Shown here: positions 52,401 to 61,643 of the stretch, in pieces
Layout: every line of letters starts with the position of its first letter
Numbering within the stretch: the first letter of the stretch is position 1
Assembly: GCF_964355755.1 (NCBI RefSeq)
Contig: NC_092673.1
Span: 29,819,648-29,883,647 of the forward strand
Direction: 5' to 3'
Length of the DNA: 64,000 nucleotides
Origin: Antedon mediterranea
Lineage: Eukaryota; Animalia; Echinodermata
The notes under the pieces: generated by a model
Told to the model about the DNA's origin: nothing
What the model saw: the letters and a program-made list of their open reading frames with translations, nothing else
Database searches by the model: none
Made by a program: the position numbers and the translations under genes

Positions 52401-52453
52401 CACTTACCTACTCCATACTTTTCATCTGTATTAGTTTGCACCCACTGTGGCAT
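1430..52453 (-). CDS. DOCK1: Dedicator of cytokinesis DOCK-A family Rac GEF (DOCK1/DOCK180-like), whole gene, 46 coding exons, about 1828 aa
   Basis: Hand-spliced exons give a continuous 5487-nt frame: SH3 N-terminus ([15 protein letters not shown]...WYRG...GIFP), DHR-1/C2 (VRNDIYITL...PKWFETVK), DHR-2 ([20 protein letters not shown]), Pro-rich tail. All introns GT-AG. DOCK1 vs DOCK2/5 cannot be resolved; probably co-orthologous. Confidence 0.93.
1920..2045 (-). mobile_element. LINE-like 3' tail fragment; opposite-orientation copy about 26955-27070
   Basis: Shared ctgggttgac.aactagcataggtgtttagc...tatatggcagaa...gaataaataaa. Confidence 0.55.
2264..2400 (-). CDS. DOCK1: DOCK exon 45 ([13 protein letters not shown]...)
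   Basis: AG/GT flanks; PxxPxK-type Crk SH3-binding motif. Confidence 0.85.
2965..3036 (-). pseudogene. tRNA-like sequence (SINE head or tRNA pseudogene)
   Basis: GCCCCAG/TTGGGGT acceptor stem, TCTGC/GCAGA anticodon stem, GGTTCGAATC T-loop; atypical anticodon loop ATATCAA. Confidence 0.5.
3811..3880 (-). CDS. DOCK1: DOCK exon 44 ([11 protein letters not shown]...)
   Basis: AG/GT flanks; supplies the phase 0 to 1 link needed for the next exon. Confidence 0.78.
4809..4983 (-). CDS. DOCK1: DOCK exon 43
   Basis: AG/GT flanks, open frame SISSGKGG...IILEEK, phase consistent. Confidence 0.8.
5510..5670 (-). CDS. DOCK1: DOCK exon 42 (Ser-rich)
   Basis: AG/GT flanks, open frame, phase consistent. 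Confidence 0.82.
6245..6376 (-). CDS. DOCK1: DOCK exon 41 ([11 protein letters not shown]...KYGKK)
   Basis: AG/GT flanks, end of DHR-2. Confidence 0.92.
6683..6766 (-). CDS. DOCK1: DOCK exon 40 (AFCTEQY...LKDLFAEQ)
   Basis: AG/GT flanks, frame consistent. Confidence 0.92.
6856..6941. mobile_element. Short Tc1/mariner-type MITE (CAG..CTG, TA flanks); related elements about 6423-6580 and 8274-8413
   Basis: tacaggtgaacctcc...ggaggtttaactgta inverted ends. Confidence 0.65.
7050..7605. repeat. 69-bp minisatellite, 8 copies, abutting the exon 39 donor
   Basis: Unit ttgatccttatcatcctagtgtgaatgggccttaaaactggtttaataacctcaacacatggtaaattg. Confidence 0.97.
7612..7788 (-). CDS. DOCK1: DOCK exon 39 ([12 protein letters not shown]...DAAVMGG, nucleotide-sensor Val)
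   Basis: AG/GT flanks, DHR-2 catalytic motif. Confidence 0.93.
7842..7980. repeat. Imperfect 19-20 bp tandem repeat (about 7 copies)
   Basis: Core atccagggttcaa. Confidence 0.85.
8118..8204 (-). CDS. DOCK1: DOCK exon 38 (MWIERT...[10 protein letters not shown])
   Basis: AG/GT flanks, conserved motif. Confidence 0.93.
8452..8536 (-). CDS. DOCK1: DOCK exon 37 ([15 protein letters not shown]...NEFA)
   Basis: AG/GT flanks, conserved motif. Confidence 0.93.
8951..9032 (-). CDS. DOCK1: DOCK exon 36 (LQIVPVQP...)
   Basis: Follows the U12 intron, frame consistent. Confidence 0.88.
9033..9240 (-). other. U12-type (minor spliceosome) GT-AG intron
   Basis: 5'ss GTATCCTTT; branch site TCCTTAAC just upstream of the AG; no long polypyrimidine tract. 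Confidence 0.9.
9241..9382 (-). CDS. DOCK1: DOCK exon 35 ([13 protein letters not shown]...)
   Basis: AG acceptor, U12-type donor GTATCCTTT. Confidence 0.92.
9488..9592 (-). CDS. DOCK1: DOCK exon 34 (...[10 protein letters not shown]...FPPFLR)
   Basis: AG/GT flanks, conserved motif. Confidence 0.92.
9929..10018 (-). CDS. DOCK1: DOCK exon 33 ([10 protein letters not shown]...)
   Basis: AG/GT flanks, conserved motif. Confidence 0.92.
10282..10395 (-). CDS. DOCK1: DOCK exon 32 (WSD...YFDSGK)
   Basis: AG/GT flanks, conserved motif. Confidence 0.92.
10744..10875 (-). CDS. DOCK1: DOCK exon 31 (DHR-2: [10 protein letters not shown]...[11 protein letters not shown])
   Basis: AG/GT flanks, conserved motif. 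Confidence 0.93.
11072..13544. mobile_element. Non-autonomous PIF/Harbinger-like transposon
   Basis: About 32-bp TIR AGGCCTGTGCACACCGAACG(T/C)GAAGCCGCGAA, TAA on both flanks, internal MADF-like remnant. Confidence 0.85.
12530..13271 (-). pseudogene. Decayed MADF (Myb/SANT-like) plus BESS-like gene inside the Harbinger element
   Basis: [22 protein letters not shown] resembles MADF; [25 protein letters not shown] resembles a BESS motif; stops and frameshifts, probable intron between them. Confidence 0.55.
13637..13793 (-). CDS. DOCK1: DOCK exon 30 (...RLLDYR...MSCTVNLL)
   Basis: AG/GT flanks, conserved motif. Confidence 0.93.
14208..14293 (-). CDS. DOCK1: DOCK exon 29 (...[14 protein letters not shown])
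   Basis: AG/GT flanks, conserved motif. Confidence 0.92.
14415..14577 (+). mobile_element. Hammerhead-bearing dispersed repeat (Penelope pLTR/retrozyme-like fragment)
   Basis: Second copy at about 30235-31695 shares ggctgttttactttat...atctccattgagatccagccactgatacccacagcatt...gcctttt. Confidence 0.6.
14421..14457 (+). ncRNA. Minimal type I hammerhead ribozyme motif
   Basis: GCA-CUGAUGA-A-GGGC uaguguu GCCC-GAAA-GC-UC-UGC: intact core, 4-bp stem II, palindromic AGCU stem III, 3-bp stem I. Confidence 0.7.
14725..14935 (-). CDS. DOCK1: DOCK exon 28 (YGDMRRQ...[10 protein letters not shown])
   Basis: AG/GT flanks, conserved motif. Confidence 0.93.
15121..15317 (-). mobile_element. tRNA-derived SINE; second copy about 8712-8888 on + strand
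   Basis: A/B boxes (tagccgagtg, ggttcaattcc), shared core cagctgtaaat.agtacctg and tail atgaatacgggacttgccttta. Confidence 0.75.
15444..15623 (-). CDS. DOCK1: DOCK exon 27 (...[13 protein letters not shown]...LQLE)
   Basis: AG/GT flanks, conserved motif. Confidence 0.93.
15700..16014. mobile_element. MITE family C (ttaaagatgtattgtcccc ends, Kolobok-like); partial copies about 5150-5420, 10048-10175, 12108-12300
   Basis: Inverted ends flanked by TTAA, shared internal AT-rich sequence. Confidence 0.6.
16080..16273 (-). CDS. DOCK1: DOCK exon 26 (GQFVACM...VFPPDWVVM)
   Basis: AG/GT flanks, conserved motif. Confidence 0.93.
16298..16353. repeat. 20-21 bp tandem repeat, about 3 copies
   Basis: taatatccaggtgtcttaac. 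Confidence 0.85.
16485..16580 (-). CDS. DOCK1: DOCK exon 25 (GPIHSD...LLRTII...)
   Basis: AG/GT flanks, LLRT motif. Confidence 0.88.
16853..16887 (+). ncRNA. Degenerate hammerhead motif
   Basis: cac-CTAATGA-t-GGGC tat GCCC-AAAA-catg-TC-gt: two core G-to-A changes from CTGATGA and GAAA. Confidence 0.45.
17142..17269 (-). CDS. DOCK1: DOCK exon 24 (CRGIIL...)
   Basis: AG/GT flanks, frame consistent. Confidence 0.88.
17664..17841 (-). CDS. DOCK1: DOCK exon 23 (GAALKYVPS...)
   Basis: AG/GT flanks, frame consistent. Confidence 0.9.
17935..18046 (-). CDS. DOCK1: DOCK exon 22
   Basis: [19 protein letters not shown]..., AG/GT flanks. Confidence 0.9.
18085..18235. mobile_element. MITE family A (TIR AGCTCTGTCTACACTATCAAACT); other copies about 2461-2621, 17406-17571, 19643-19742, 19867-20021, 22464-22601, 26306-26385, 32357-32497
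   Basis: Shared TIRs and internal catatcactaccatatttgggca repeats; TTA/TAA flanks suggest Harbinger/Tourist type. Confidence 0.85.
18360..18494 (-). CDS. DOCK1: DOCK exon 21 (...IFKFIIRSR...)
   Basis: AG/GT flanks, conserved motif. Confidence 0.92.
18844..18944 (-). CDS. DOCK1: DOCK exon 20 (VFIIG...HFSAALAY)
   Basis: AG/GT flanks, conserved motif. Confidence 0.92.
19099..19188 (-). CDS. DOCK1: DOCK exon 19 ([10 protein letters not shown]...VFDAL)
   Basis: AG/GT flanks, conserved motif. Confidence 0.93.
19531..19628 (-). CDS. DOCK1: DOCK exon 18 (DLLGLLKWR...GNEIVK)
   Basis: AG/GT flanks, conserved motif. Confidence 0.92.
20394..20601 (-). CDS. DOCK1: DOCK exon 17 (...TYLDLPS...CSTKLTQN)
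   Basis: AG/GT flanks, CSTKLTQN motif. Confidence 0.92.
21481..21489 (-). CDS. DOCK1: Candidate 9-nt DOCK microexon (PEK)
   Basis: ctttcttttctttgcatcatgcag|CCCGAAAAA|gtaagt, frame-preserving inside a phase-0 intron. Confidence 0.55.
21667..21859. mobile_element. MITE with TIR AGGCCTTGTCTTTT; partial copy about 43797-43846
   Basis: Inverted ends; shared gcgagcgagtgc.atcactcacctaacac segment. Confidence 0.65.
21968..22071 (-). CDS. DOCK1: DOCK exon 16 ([16 protein letters not shown]...IYK)
   Basis: AG/GT flanks, DHR-1 motif. Confidence 0.92.
22631..22706 (-). CDS. DOCK1: DOCK exon 15 (...[11 protein letters not shown])
   Basis: AG/GT flanks, DHR-1 motif. Confidence 0.92.
23274..23497 (-). 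CDS. DOCK1: DOCK exon 14 (start of DHR-1/C2)
   Basis: [14 protein letters not shown]...[12 protein letters not shown] flanks. Confidence 0.93.
23983..24064 (-). CDS. DOCK1: DOCK exon 13 (...[12 protein letters not shown])
   Basis: AG/GT flanks, conserved motif. Confidence 0.92.
24364..24487 (-). CDS. DOCK1: DOCK exon 12 (...[12 protein letters not shown]...)
   Basis: AG/GT flanks, conserved motif. Confidence 0.92.
24745..25543. repeat. 55-59 bp tandem array (14 units) containing the exon 11 3' end and splice donor
   Basis: Unit gtcaaaggtcaccaacaggagtgacagacacttactgaaggaagggaacaaacacctat; last unit is the real junction. Confidence 0.95.
25527..25677 (-). CDS. DOCK1: DOCK exon 11 (...GLRRPFGVA...[11 protein letters not shown])
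   Basis: AG/GT flanks, RRPFGVA motif. Confidence 0.92.
25931..25994 (-). CDS. DOCK1: DOCK exon 10 ([21 protein letters not shown])
   Basis: AG/GT flanks, conserved motif. Confidence 0.92.
26182..26257 (-). CDS. DOCK1: DOCK exon 9 (EFYIVKWS...)
   Basis: AG/GT flanks, frame consistent. Confidence 0.88.
26560..26711 (-). CDS. DOCK1: DOCK exon 8 (...[10 protein letters not shown]...SLYD)
   Basis: AG/GT flanks, frame consistent. Confidence 0.88.
27266..27398 (-). CDS. DOCK1: DOCK exon 7 ([10 protein letters not shown]...)
   Basis: AG/GT flanks, LDLVVRD motif. Confidence 0.9.
27520..28436. repeat. Degenerate AT-rich tandem array built from the exon 6 donor junction, with a 340-bp higher-order duplication
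   Basis: Recurrent aatcaatatacctatttccataatcaat; block starting 27522 repeats at 27862. Confidence 0.9.
28419..28567 (-). CDS. DOCK1: DOCK exon 6 (...[10 protein letters not shown]...KIDYGN)
   Basis: AG/GT flanks, conserved SGTLP and KIDYGN. Confidence 0.92.
30286..31680. repeat. 48-bp minisatellite, about 29 near-identical copies
   Basis: Unit gtatctccattgagatccagccactgatacccacagcattgtcatttt. Confidence 0.97.
31940..32039 (-). CDS. DOCK1: DOCK exon 5 (...[18 protein letters not shown])
   Basis: AG/GT flanks, conserved LREW motif. Confidence 0.9.
33278..35727. mobile_element. Non-autonomous DNA transposon, Sola-like
   Basis: TIR GAGTCCTTTCAC(G/A)GTAAACCAACAC, GAG..CTC ends, 4-bp TSD ATAT; recurrent internal gttacgcccgtga-type motifs. 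Confidence 0.75.
35831..35886 (-). CDS. DOCK1: DOCK exon 4 ([18 protein letters not shown])
   Basis: AG/GT flanks, SH3 GIFP. Confidence 0.9.
36245..36285 (-). CDS. DOCK1: DOCK exon 3 ([14 protein letters not shown])
   Basis: AG/GT flanks, SH3 WYRG. Confidence 0.9.
37079..37788. mobile_element. Possible MITE with short TIR (tatattayatagcc) and tRNA-like internal segment
   Basis: tatattacatagcc...ggctatataatata; related end at about 22980-23003. Confidence 0.4.
37780..37950. mobile_element. Palindromic MITE/foldback
   Basis: About 42-bp perfect arms aaatataagatttgacatccccgagggaatgatattaagttc around a short spacer, imperfect outer arms. Confidence 0.75.
38287..41907. mobile_element. Non-autonomous hAT-like transposon with 5-bp TSD
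   Basis: TIR CAGGGCTCGA, TSD CATAA (38282-38286, 41908-41912), subterminal tttcactag motifs. Confidence 0.75.
38965..41322. mobile_element. Non-autonomous P-element-like transposon nested in the hAT-like element
   Basis: CAAAG..CTTTG ends, long imperfect TIR (tatagcgccacg.agtggcgcaagata; ttccatgggcagccattccggcaagc), 8-bp TSD GGTGAGAC. Confidence 0.8.
41908..42026 (-). mobile_element. 5S rRNA-derived SINE head; body continues at about 38182-38286 across the hAT insertion
   Basis: Reverse strand aagttaagcgacgttgggcctggttagagcttggatgggagaccatctgggaatatagggtgctgta matches the 3' half of 5S rRNA (boxes A/IE/C), diverged and 5'-truncated. Confidence 0.7.
43640..43732 (-). CDS. DOCK1: DOCK exon 2 (SH3: [30 protein letters not shown])
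   Basis: AG/GT flanks, SH3 motif, phase 1-1. Confidence 0.9.
48655..48697 (+). ncRNA. Variant hammerhead-like motif in Penelope pLTR (also 51351-51393, inverted at about 48407-48449)
   Basis: UUGAGAA-G-GAUCUCU gau AGAGAUC-GAAA-CGU; U3-A8 covariation, palindromic ACGU; stem I is poor. Confidence 0.5.
48763..49251 (+). CDS. Penelope N-terminal ORF segment, out of frame with the RT
   Basis: Basic helical N-terminal region starting at the pLTR end; overlaps the RT frame ([20 protein letters not shown]) between about 49206 and 49251. Confidence 0.75.
   Translation: MKFFQDLREKYGQETINIVRKQENIAKKISRQRNHRVFSLHCKRLDITPPSLKLYRPIKSSKAEEIIKHAERQLLRERIRITTNKITQLEGKKKDLNEEIVSLIPNGGDITNVCNHVNKVCEAEFLKCRSRQQNKLLWWKNKAENAARDLLYIKNRIYPVRS
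49263..51341 (+). CDS. Penelope reverse transcriptase + GIY-YIG endonuclease
   Basis: [50 protein letters not shown]; [23 protein letters not shown]. Confidence 0.95.
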   Translation: MVNLSSKLVSEDEISALQRGLNYAASPRSMPIDDLIVAAEKAADLVPLEEQDTVRSKIVAIVKSTTLPPSNLTPKERKAINNLKKDKSILILPADKGRSTVILNTNDYKDKVGTMVSDTNVYELLKRNPTQNYKRKVVNIIGRLFKEKKINYREKEWLFPTAEIVPRLYCLPKIHKPNWPLRPIVDNINTVFYTVAQFLTKILGPLVGNTEHHVTYSGELASELKEIIVKPSETFVSFDVVSLFTKTPVEEALKVVENRLTTDPTLLDRTKLHVTDIMELLGLIVNKTYFSFNGNIYRQIQGIAMGSPISPILANLYLEWLEHQAINTAPTNIKPVYWKRYVDDVLAIIPIGTVHTFNTHLNNIDITDNIKFTTESMTNNTIPFLDMLITLNDNRTVTTSVYRKPTHTDQYLHFNSHHPLEHKLGLINTLVDRAEKVVGDMDLRKVEMDNIKKALHNCQYPEWSFQRVMENRKRKKNKGHEPQKEKIKMRGSIGIPYVKGMAERIRRTLSYHNVGTYFLPQNKIKNSLVHPKDKIEKMDTCGVIYEVTCRNCPQVYIGETGRALQTRINDHKKDVTTNTGGVMTRASRTSTSSIIHKSAITEHVIKHNHVPNWEATILTKEPKRKDRQIRESLHIRRNKEKTMNRDTGAHELSHLYNDLIDTSPGRAPHNLQPTTGGVQRHQQMTSRMTKLH
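52408..52453 (-). CDS. DOCK1: DOCK exon 1 ([15 protein letters not shown])
   Basis: ATG, 46 nt, GTAAGT donor; resembles DOCK1 N-terminus MTRWVPTKREEKYGV. Confidence 0.9.
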
Positions 52454-52499
52454 TTTGAATAAAATAATATGAATTTCCCAGTCGGAATTCTGACCACTC

Positions 52500-52565
52500 C
52501 TTTCACCACCACAACACAGTCGTCGCCATCTTGAGCTTCCGTGAACTGTCCTGAGGGCGCTATGC
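52500..52565 (-). promoter_or_regulatory. Probable DOCK TSS/promoter with YY1 (AAGATGGCG) and ETS (CGGAAG) motifs
   Basis: Reverse strand reads cggaagctcaagatggcgacgac about 70-90 nt upstream of the ATG, locally GC-rich. Confidence 0.55.
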
Positions 52566-52878
52566 CGAATTAAACATTATTTGTTTTTTACTTGAAAGTT
52601 ATTATACAGAATAAGACGCAATATGATTTTTACAATGAAAAAAATAAATATATTACAAAGTTTTGAATTGCAAGAAAACTTTTAATTACAATGATCAAAG
52701 CGTACATATAAACGAAATTATCATAAACAAATGTTTTATTAAATAAAGATCCTCTATAAAATGAGATTAAAATAAAAGTGCTTAAAAACTCAAATGTACA
52801 TCACAAAAGACATGTATAATGCGGCAATATTATAATATATTTGTAACAATCTCCCGTTCAAATTTAATCAAATCCAGT

Positions 52879-54366
52879 CTAAAGTGTTCTCGTGTTAGAT
52901 CGATCGTCAGTTGTACTCGTATGGCGCGTATCCCATCTGCTGTAACGGTAACGATTGTCTGCTTTCATGTTGCTCCGACCAGTATCAGCTGAAGCAGCAA
53001 CAACTCTTTGTCGTTCAACCCATCGGTGACAAACTTCTTCTTTCCTGGTCTTTTTGTCTTTCAACGTTTCTGTTCCTTCTTCTCTGTAGTACTTGCCTAC
53101 TCTTCGTTCAAACCGTAAATTATCGACAGTACTACTTTTTAAATCAGCAACTCTTTGGTTACTGCCGTTCACTTGAGGAGTATCAACTCCTTTGTAACCA
53201 CTGTCCACGGTTTCCTTTCCACTGTAACCGTTTTTTGTATAAGTTCCAACATGATTGTCACTGATCTGTTGAAGTCTTAGATGATCACTGGTGGTATAAG
53301 CAGCTATTGCGTAACCGGTGGCATAAGTTCTGTTTATATCGCCATTGTACAATTGATTTGAACTCGTTGTCTGGTCAGCACCATTGTATCGCGGGTCAAC
53401 AACACTGTATCGTTGGTCAGCAACACTATATCGCTGGTCAGCAACACTGTATCGTTGGTCAGCAACACTGTATCGTTGGTCAGCAACACTGTATCGTTGG
53501 TCAGCAACACTGTATCGGTGGTCAGCAACACTGTATCGGTGGTCAGCAACACTGTATCGGTGGTCAGCAACACTGGATCGCTGGTCAGCACCACTGGATC
53601 GCTGGTCAGCACCACTGGATCGCTGGTCAGCACCATCGGATCTCTGGTCAGCACCATCGGATCTCTGGTCAGCACCACTGGATCGCTGGTCAGCACTACT
53701 GGATCGGTGGTCAGCACCACTGTATCGCTGGTCAGTACCACTGTATCGCTGGTCAGCAATACTGTATCGCTGGTCAGCAACAGCACTACTGTATTGCAAG
53801 GCACCGGTAATGGTATACATTGGATCACAAACACCAGGGTAGGCACCCATTAAACTGGCGCCTGTAGCTACAATAAATTGAGTGTTTGCAAATATAGCAC
53901 CCGTACCTCCAATAACTTGTGGATTTGCATTGACCATTAAAACAGCACCGGTTGTTCCAACATCTTGTTGCGGACTGTCAGCCCTTAAATGTCTACCTTT
54001 CTCACCACCAACGTGTGTGTATGGTCTCCGTAAACTTGCAGCATCGTTACTGTCCCGATATCGATGTATTGTATGGTACTGAGTGGTAAGTTTTGGGTAC
54101 CGGCTATGTCTCGGATCTCGACCACTCAGTCTTGGGTCTCGATTACTCATTTTCTGTTTATAACCACCAAGACGTGTTGTTCTGATGCGACCATCATCAA
54201 CACCAATTGCGTTATTTTTAACTTTGTAGCCACTGCTTGTTCGATTACTTTTTCGTTGGTCAGGAGTTTTCCCTTTCATGCTTATTTCAGTTGGCTTGTA
54301 TGCTCGTATTAGCTGGCTGTGATTAACGCACGTTAACGAAGTTCGTCTTTTATGTGTAATCGTCAT
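52879..54366 (-). CDS. Orphan 495-aa protein with central 7-aa repeats (ADQRYSV/ADQRSSG)
   Basis: Long stop-free ORF with unique flanks on both sides of the repeat in AT-rich DNA; AATAAA on minus strand at 52735-52740; no recognisable domain. Confidence 0.55.
   Translation of the reverse strand: MTITHKRRTSLTCVNHSQLIRAYKPTEISMKGKTPDQRKSNRTSSGYKVKNNAIGVDDGRIRTTRLGGYKQKMSNRDPRLSGRDPRHSRYPKLTTQYHTIHRYRDSNDAASLRRPYTHVGGEKGRHLRADSPQQDVGTTGAVLMVNANPQVIGGTGAIFANTQFIVATGASLMGAYPGVCDPMYTITGALQYSSAVADQRYSIADQRYSGTDQRYSGADHRSSSADQRSSGADQRSDGADQRSDGADQRSSGADQRSSGADQRSSVADHRYSVADHRYSVADHRYSVADQRYSVADQRYSVADQRYSVADQRYSVADQRYSVVDPRYNGADQTTSSNQLYNGDINRTYATGYAIAAYTTSDHLRLQQISDNHVGTYTKNGYSGKETVDSGYKGVDTPQVNGSNQRVADLKSSTVDNLRFERRVGKYYREEGTETLKDKKTRKEEVCHRWVERQRVVAASADTGRSNMKADNRYRYSRWDTRHTSTTDDRSNTRTL
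53370..53790. repeat. 21-bp tandem repeat (about 19-20 copies) within the orphan ORF
   Basis: Unit tggtcagca(a/c)cactg(t/g)atcg(t/c/g). Confidence 0.95.
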
Positions 54367-54600
54367 TGTTCAAGTTACACGTGCATTTTAATTACGTTAT
54401 AAGATTTGCATATTCTAAATCAAATATTGTGGAATTTGTATTGTAGCATTGTGAGCAATTCATTGTACTCTAGGCCTAATAATTGGGTTTCTTTTATAAT
54501 GTAAGTATTTTCTAACATATTTGTTATTATCAATGATGATAATAATATTTGTATATTTCTATTTCTTTTAAAACTATTTAATATTACTTAGATAAATACC

Positions 54601-54672
54601 TGACTCTGAGGACGATCGGAGCATTTTCATCGAAACATAGAGAAACTCAACTCAACAGTTCTTTTCAGAACT
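54601..54672 (+). mobile_element. Degenerate Penelope pLTR-like fragment with hammerhead-like core
   Basis: CTGAGGA-c-GAT...ATC-GAAAC followed by caacagttcttttcagaact, resembling (from memory) marine invertebrate PLE terminal repeats. Confidence 0.45.
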
Positions 54673-54971
54673 GCATACGTGGTGTTCCACAAACTGTAGG
54701 CCTAATACAATCAACATTAATTATAGGTTATAATGCTTCTTATGAATGAATTACATGCTAAAAACGGATGTCTTAATGAATGTAGGCCTACCCCTAGAAG
54801 CGGATGTACCAGTCTGGATGCTAACCGATTATTTCTCGTGCGGAAAATCACGACCAGGAATAATCCAGAGACGACGCAGTGCGTCTTTCTTCTTTCAATT
54901 ACAAAGCTTTAGGGTTTTTTATGTAAGTCTATTATAGATATATCTAGCATATCCTTATGGCGCTTGATATT

Positions 54972-54985
54972 GTTGCCATAGCAAT
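54972..54985. promoter_or_regulatory. RFX X-box motif
   Basis: GTTGCCATAGCAAT, near-consensus X-box, next to two CCAAT boxes at about 54995 and 55028. Confidence 0.55.
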
Positions 54986-55107
54986 TCTGAATGACCAATG
55001 ATTCGTCAGATTGTAGACTCTACATATCCAATCGGGTGCTAACTATAATTATTACTGTAAATTCGCGGCATTCGGCAACCTCCCATGCAGTGTGAAAGGC
55101 CCTTGAA

Positions 55108-55482
55108 GCTTGGTTCCCACTAGAACGTAACGCAGGGACGTAAACGCAACGCAAGCGTTTTAACCAATGACAAGCGATCACAAGCGATCACAAGCGAATA
55201 AGCCATCGCTTGTGATTGGTCAATTCACTTGCGTTGCGTTACGTCCTTGCGTTGCGTCGCTAGTGGGAACCACGCTTTAAGCGTGGTTCCCACTAGAACG
55301 CAACGCAGTGACGTATTGACGCAAAATTATGTATTGCGTAATCACAACCACCGACGACGCAACAGTTCTGCAGAAATCGCAGGTTTGATTTCACGCAGGC
55401 GGGAGCAAACAAAATTATTGAAAGGGAATTTCTTACGTTGCGTAGTTTGCGTTACGTTGTGTCGCTAGTGAGAACCAAGCTT
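55108..55482. mobile_element. Two adjacent MITEs of family B (TIR AGC(T/G)TGGTTCCCACTAG); other copies about 612-767 and 60761-60884
   Basis: Palindromic elements with gcaacgca motifs joined at TTAA near 55277. Confidence 0.8.
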
Positions 55483-56582
55483 AAATTGGCAACATCGAAA
55501 TTAACTTAATGCGGCTCATATTTACAGATTTATTACAAATAAAAAATACATTCTAAATAAACTTTGCAATGTTTTATTTCACTTAAAATTACGGTGCATA
55601 TTACGCCAATATACTTCTTAATGACATAAATATATTCTTTAAGCAGGCCTACATCGTATACAAAATCTAGAAGTAATGTGCAATTTATCGAATTTTACCC
55701 CTACGTAAATTTATATATTATTACCTCAATTATATTTTGTCACAGATATTTGTGTGTGGGTGTGTGTGTTAGCAGGACAACGTAAAAACTAAAAAACGGA
55801 TCTTTACCAAATTTCAATCACAGATAGATATGTGATTACGGAAGAATCAGTTCAATTTTGGAGGCAATCCGGACTAGGGTTCCAATTCTGGACCAAGGAG
55901 GCCAAATTGAAATATGAAAAGGCTCCGATTCAAAATTGTCCAATACATTATGGTTAATTTACTTTACGTAGTCCTTTAAAACAACATTATAAATGTGTTT
56001 CCTACTTATTAATTTTGATTTTAAAGTGTCGCACCAAAATGATAATAGAGTCCTAGTTACACTTTCAGTACTTGTTGCAGTCTGTCCTATCAACGATTTA
56101 GTGCTTACGCAAATAAGTATAAAGTACAAAAGTTATCATTCGCGAATCAACGTCACGCTATCCATTTTACCATACAGTTTGGACGTTTAGTGAAACCTTA
56201 CTTTTATTTAAAAAATTGGTATTATTGTTTATCAAGAGAATAGTTTCTATGACTACGGTGCATCATTTTAATTCGTTAAGAAAAAAGGGTTACGAACAGG
56301 TCCACGGTCATATTGATTCTTGATCTAAAATCAATTATTATAAGTTTAAAGTTTGTATTTTCTTAAGATGTATATTATTTATTTTACTATACATATCTTC
56401 ATAATATTAAAAATATACAACTACGCTACTTCTATGAAATGTGTATTCTAGAACATTTTCAGCGATTTCTGGTATTAAATTCTTGTTGAAAATATCATAG
56501 AGTACTAATGTGAAACATATCTAACACATTTTAATTTTAATAATAATACAGGATTTACTACTTTAATTTTAGGCCTACAAAA

Positions 56583-60318
<3,736 letters not shown>

Positions 60319-61643
60319 GGTGCCGGCGCGCTACACAAAAAGGAAGCGTGTAAATTTTCGGCGATTTTGATTGGTCAAGCTCACGAGGAGGACTTTGTTT
60401 ACTTTTTGCTGTCCACCAGTACTGGTCCACCAAGGCAAAGGGAAGTATGGGACAACATGATAGTTTTAAGTAATCAAGCAAATAGGTTCTGGACGTGACA
60501 AAAAACAAGTTGATTTTTCTTACCGAGTGCCTTCAAGATTAACTAAAAGACTACAGTGTAATATTCCATATTTTTATTATATTTACTGAATTTTTTATAA
60601 AGTTATACAGTTACAATGTTATGAATGTTACATTACTACTGTACTCCATGATTACTAATAACTAAACAGGATTGAGAATTCCTGTAAAATGATATTAATA
60701 ATATTCCTCAAAATGCATTTCAAGGCATTGATCTATATACAGTAAGTACAAAATGCCTTAAGCTTGGTTCCCACTAGAGATGCATCGCAATGACGTAGAC
60801 GCAACACAAGCGAGTTGACAAATGACAATTCAGATGATTAATCTCTTGTGATTGTGTTGCGTCTCTAGTGTGAACTAAACGTTATTACTGTCATATTTAA
60901 ATATCCATTTGCAGCATCTAAGTTTGAATATCATGTATAAACTGGGCTTGTCAAAAATACAATCAAACTGTAGTTTAGTGTCACTGTAAGTCATAGAGCT
61001 GGTAACTTAGTAAGCTAGTAAAATGATTAAACGATTCCAAATCAATTATTACAAATATAAAGGTATAGACCTAATCATATCTAGTATATTATCTTTATTT
61101 AAAAAATTACATCAGAATTATTATATATATCTTCATAATATTAATAACTATATTACTGCTATAAACAATCTATAACATTTTGTTCTTGAAGATGTTATAG
61201 AGTACAGTAGGTCAAACATAGAGGCAGTACCACTTATAAAGTGGTAAGGTGGTTGCAAGAAAAGGGAAGAATAAAAAGACAAGGCAACAGGGTTGTGAAA
61301 GACCTCTGTGAAAAATTGGTCAGATTAAAACCTTACCAACCGTGCTAATGGCTACGGCCCTGAGAGGCCATGGTATAAGATATGTCATTAGAAATGACAT
61401 TGATTTATTAAAGCATGTATGTACAAACTGACATTGAAATCTGTTCTATTCTATTTCCCAAAAACCAATGATTATCAAAAACCTCTTTCCCCGCTAACTA
61501 ACTTGAAATTGTATTACCTATACATTATCAACCTCTTGGTACCTATCACAAGTGATTTTGGGTAATCTAGGTTCTTCCACAACCTAAGTTAAATATAGGC
61601 TTTCCACTCTTTACTATAATATGATTTATATTTGGTGATAAAA

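Noticed and set aside
53307-53853. Alternative-frame ORFs (GQQHCI, SATLYRW, VSNTVSL, TSDPVVL repeats)
   Set aside because: Confined to the 21-bp repeat; only the 495-aa frame extends through both unique flanks
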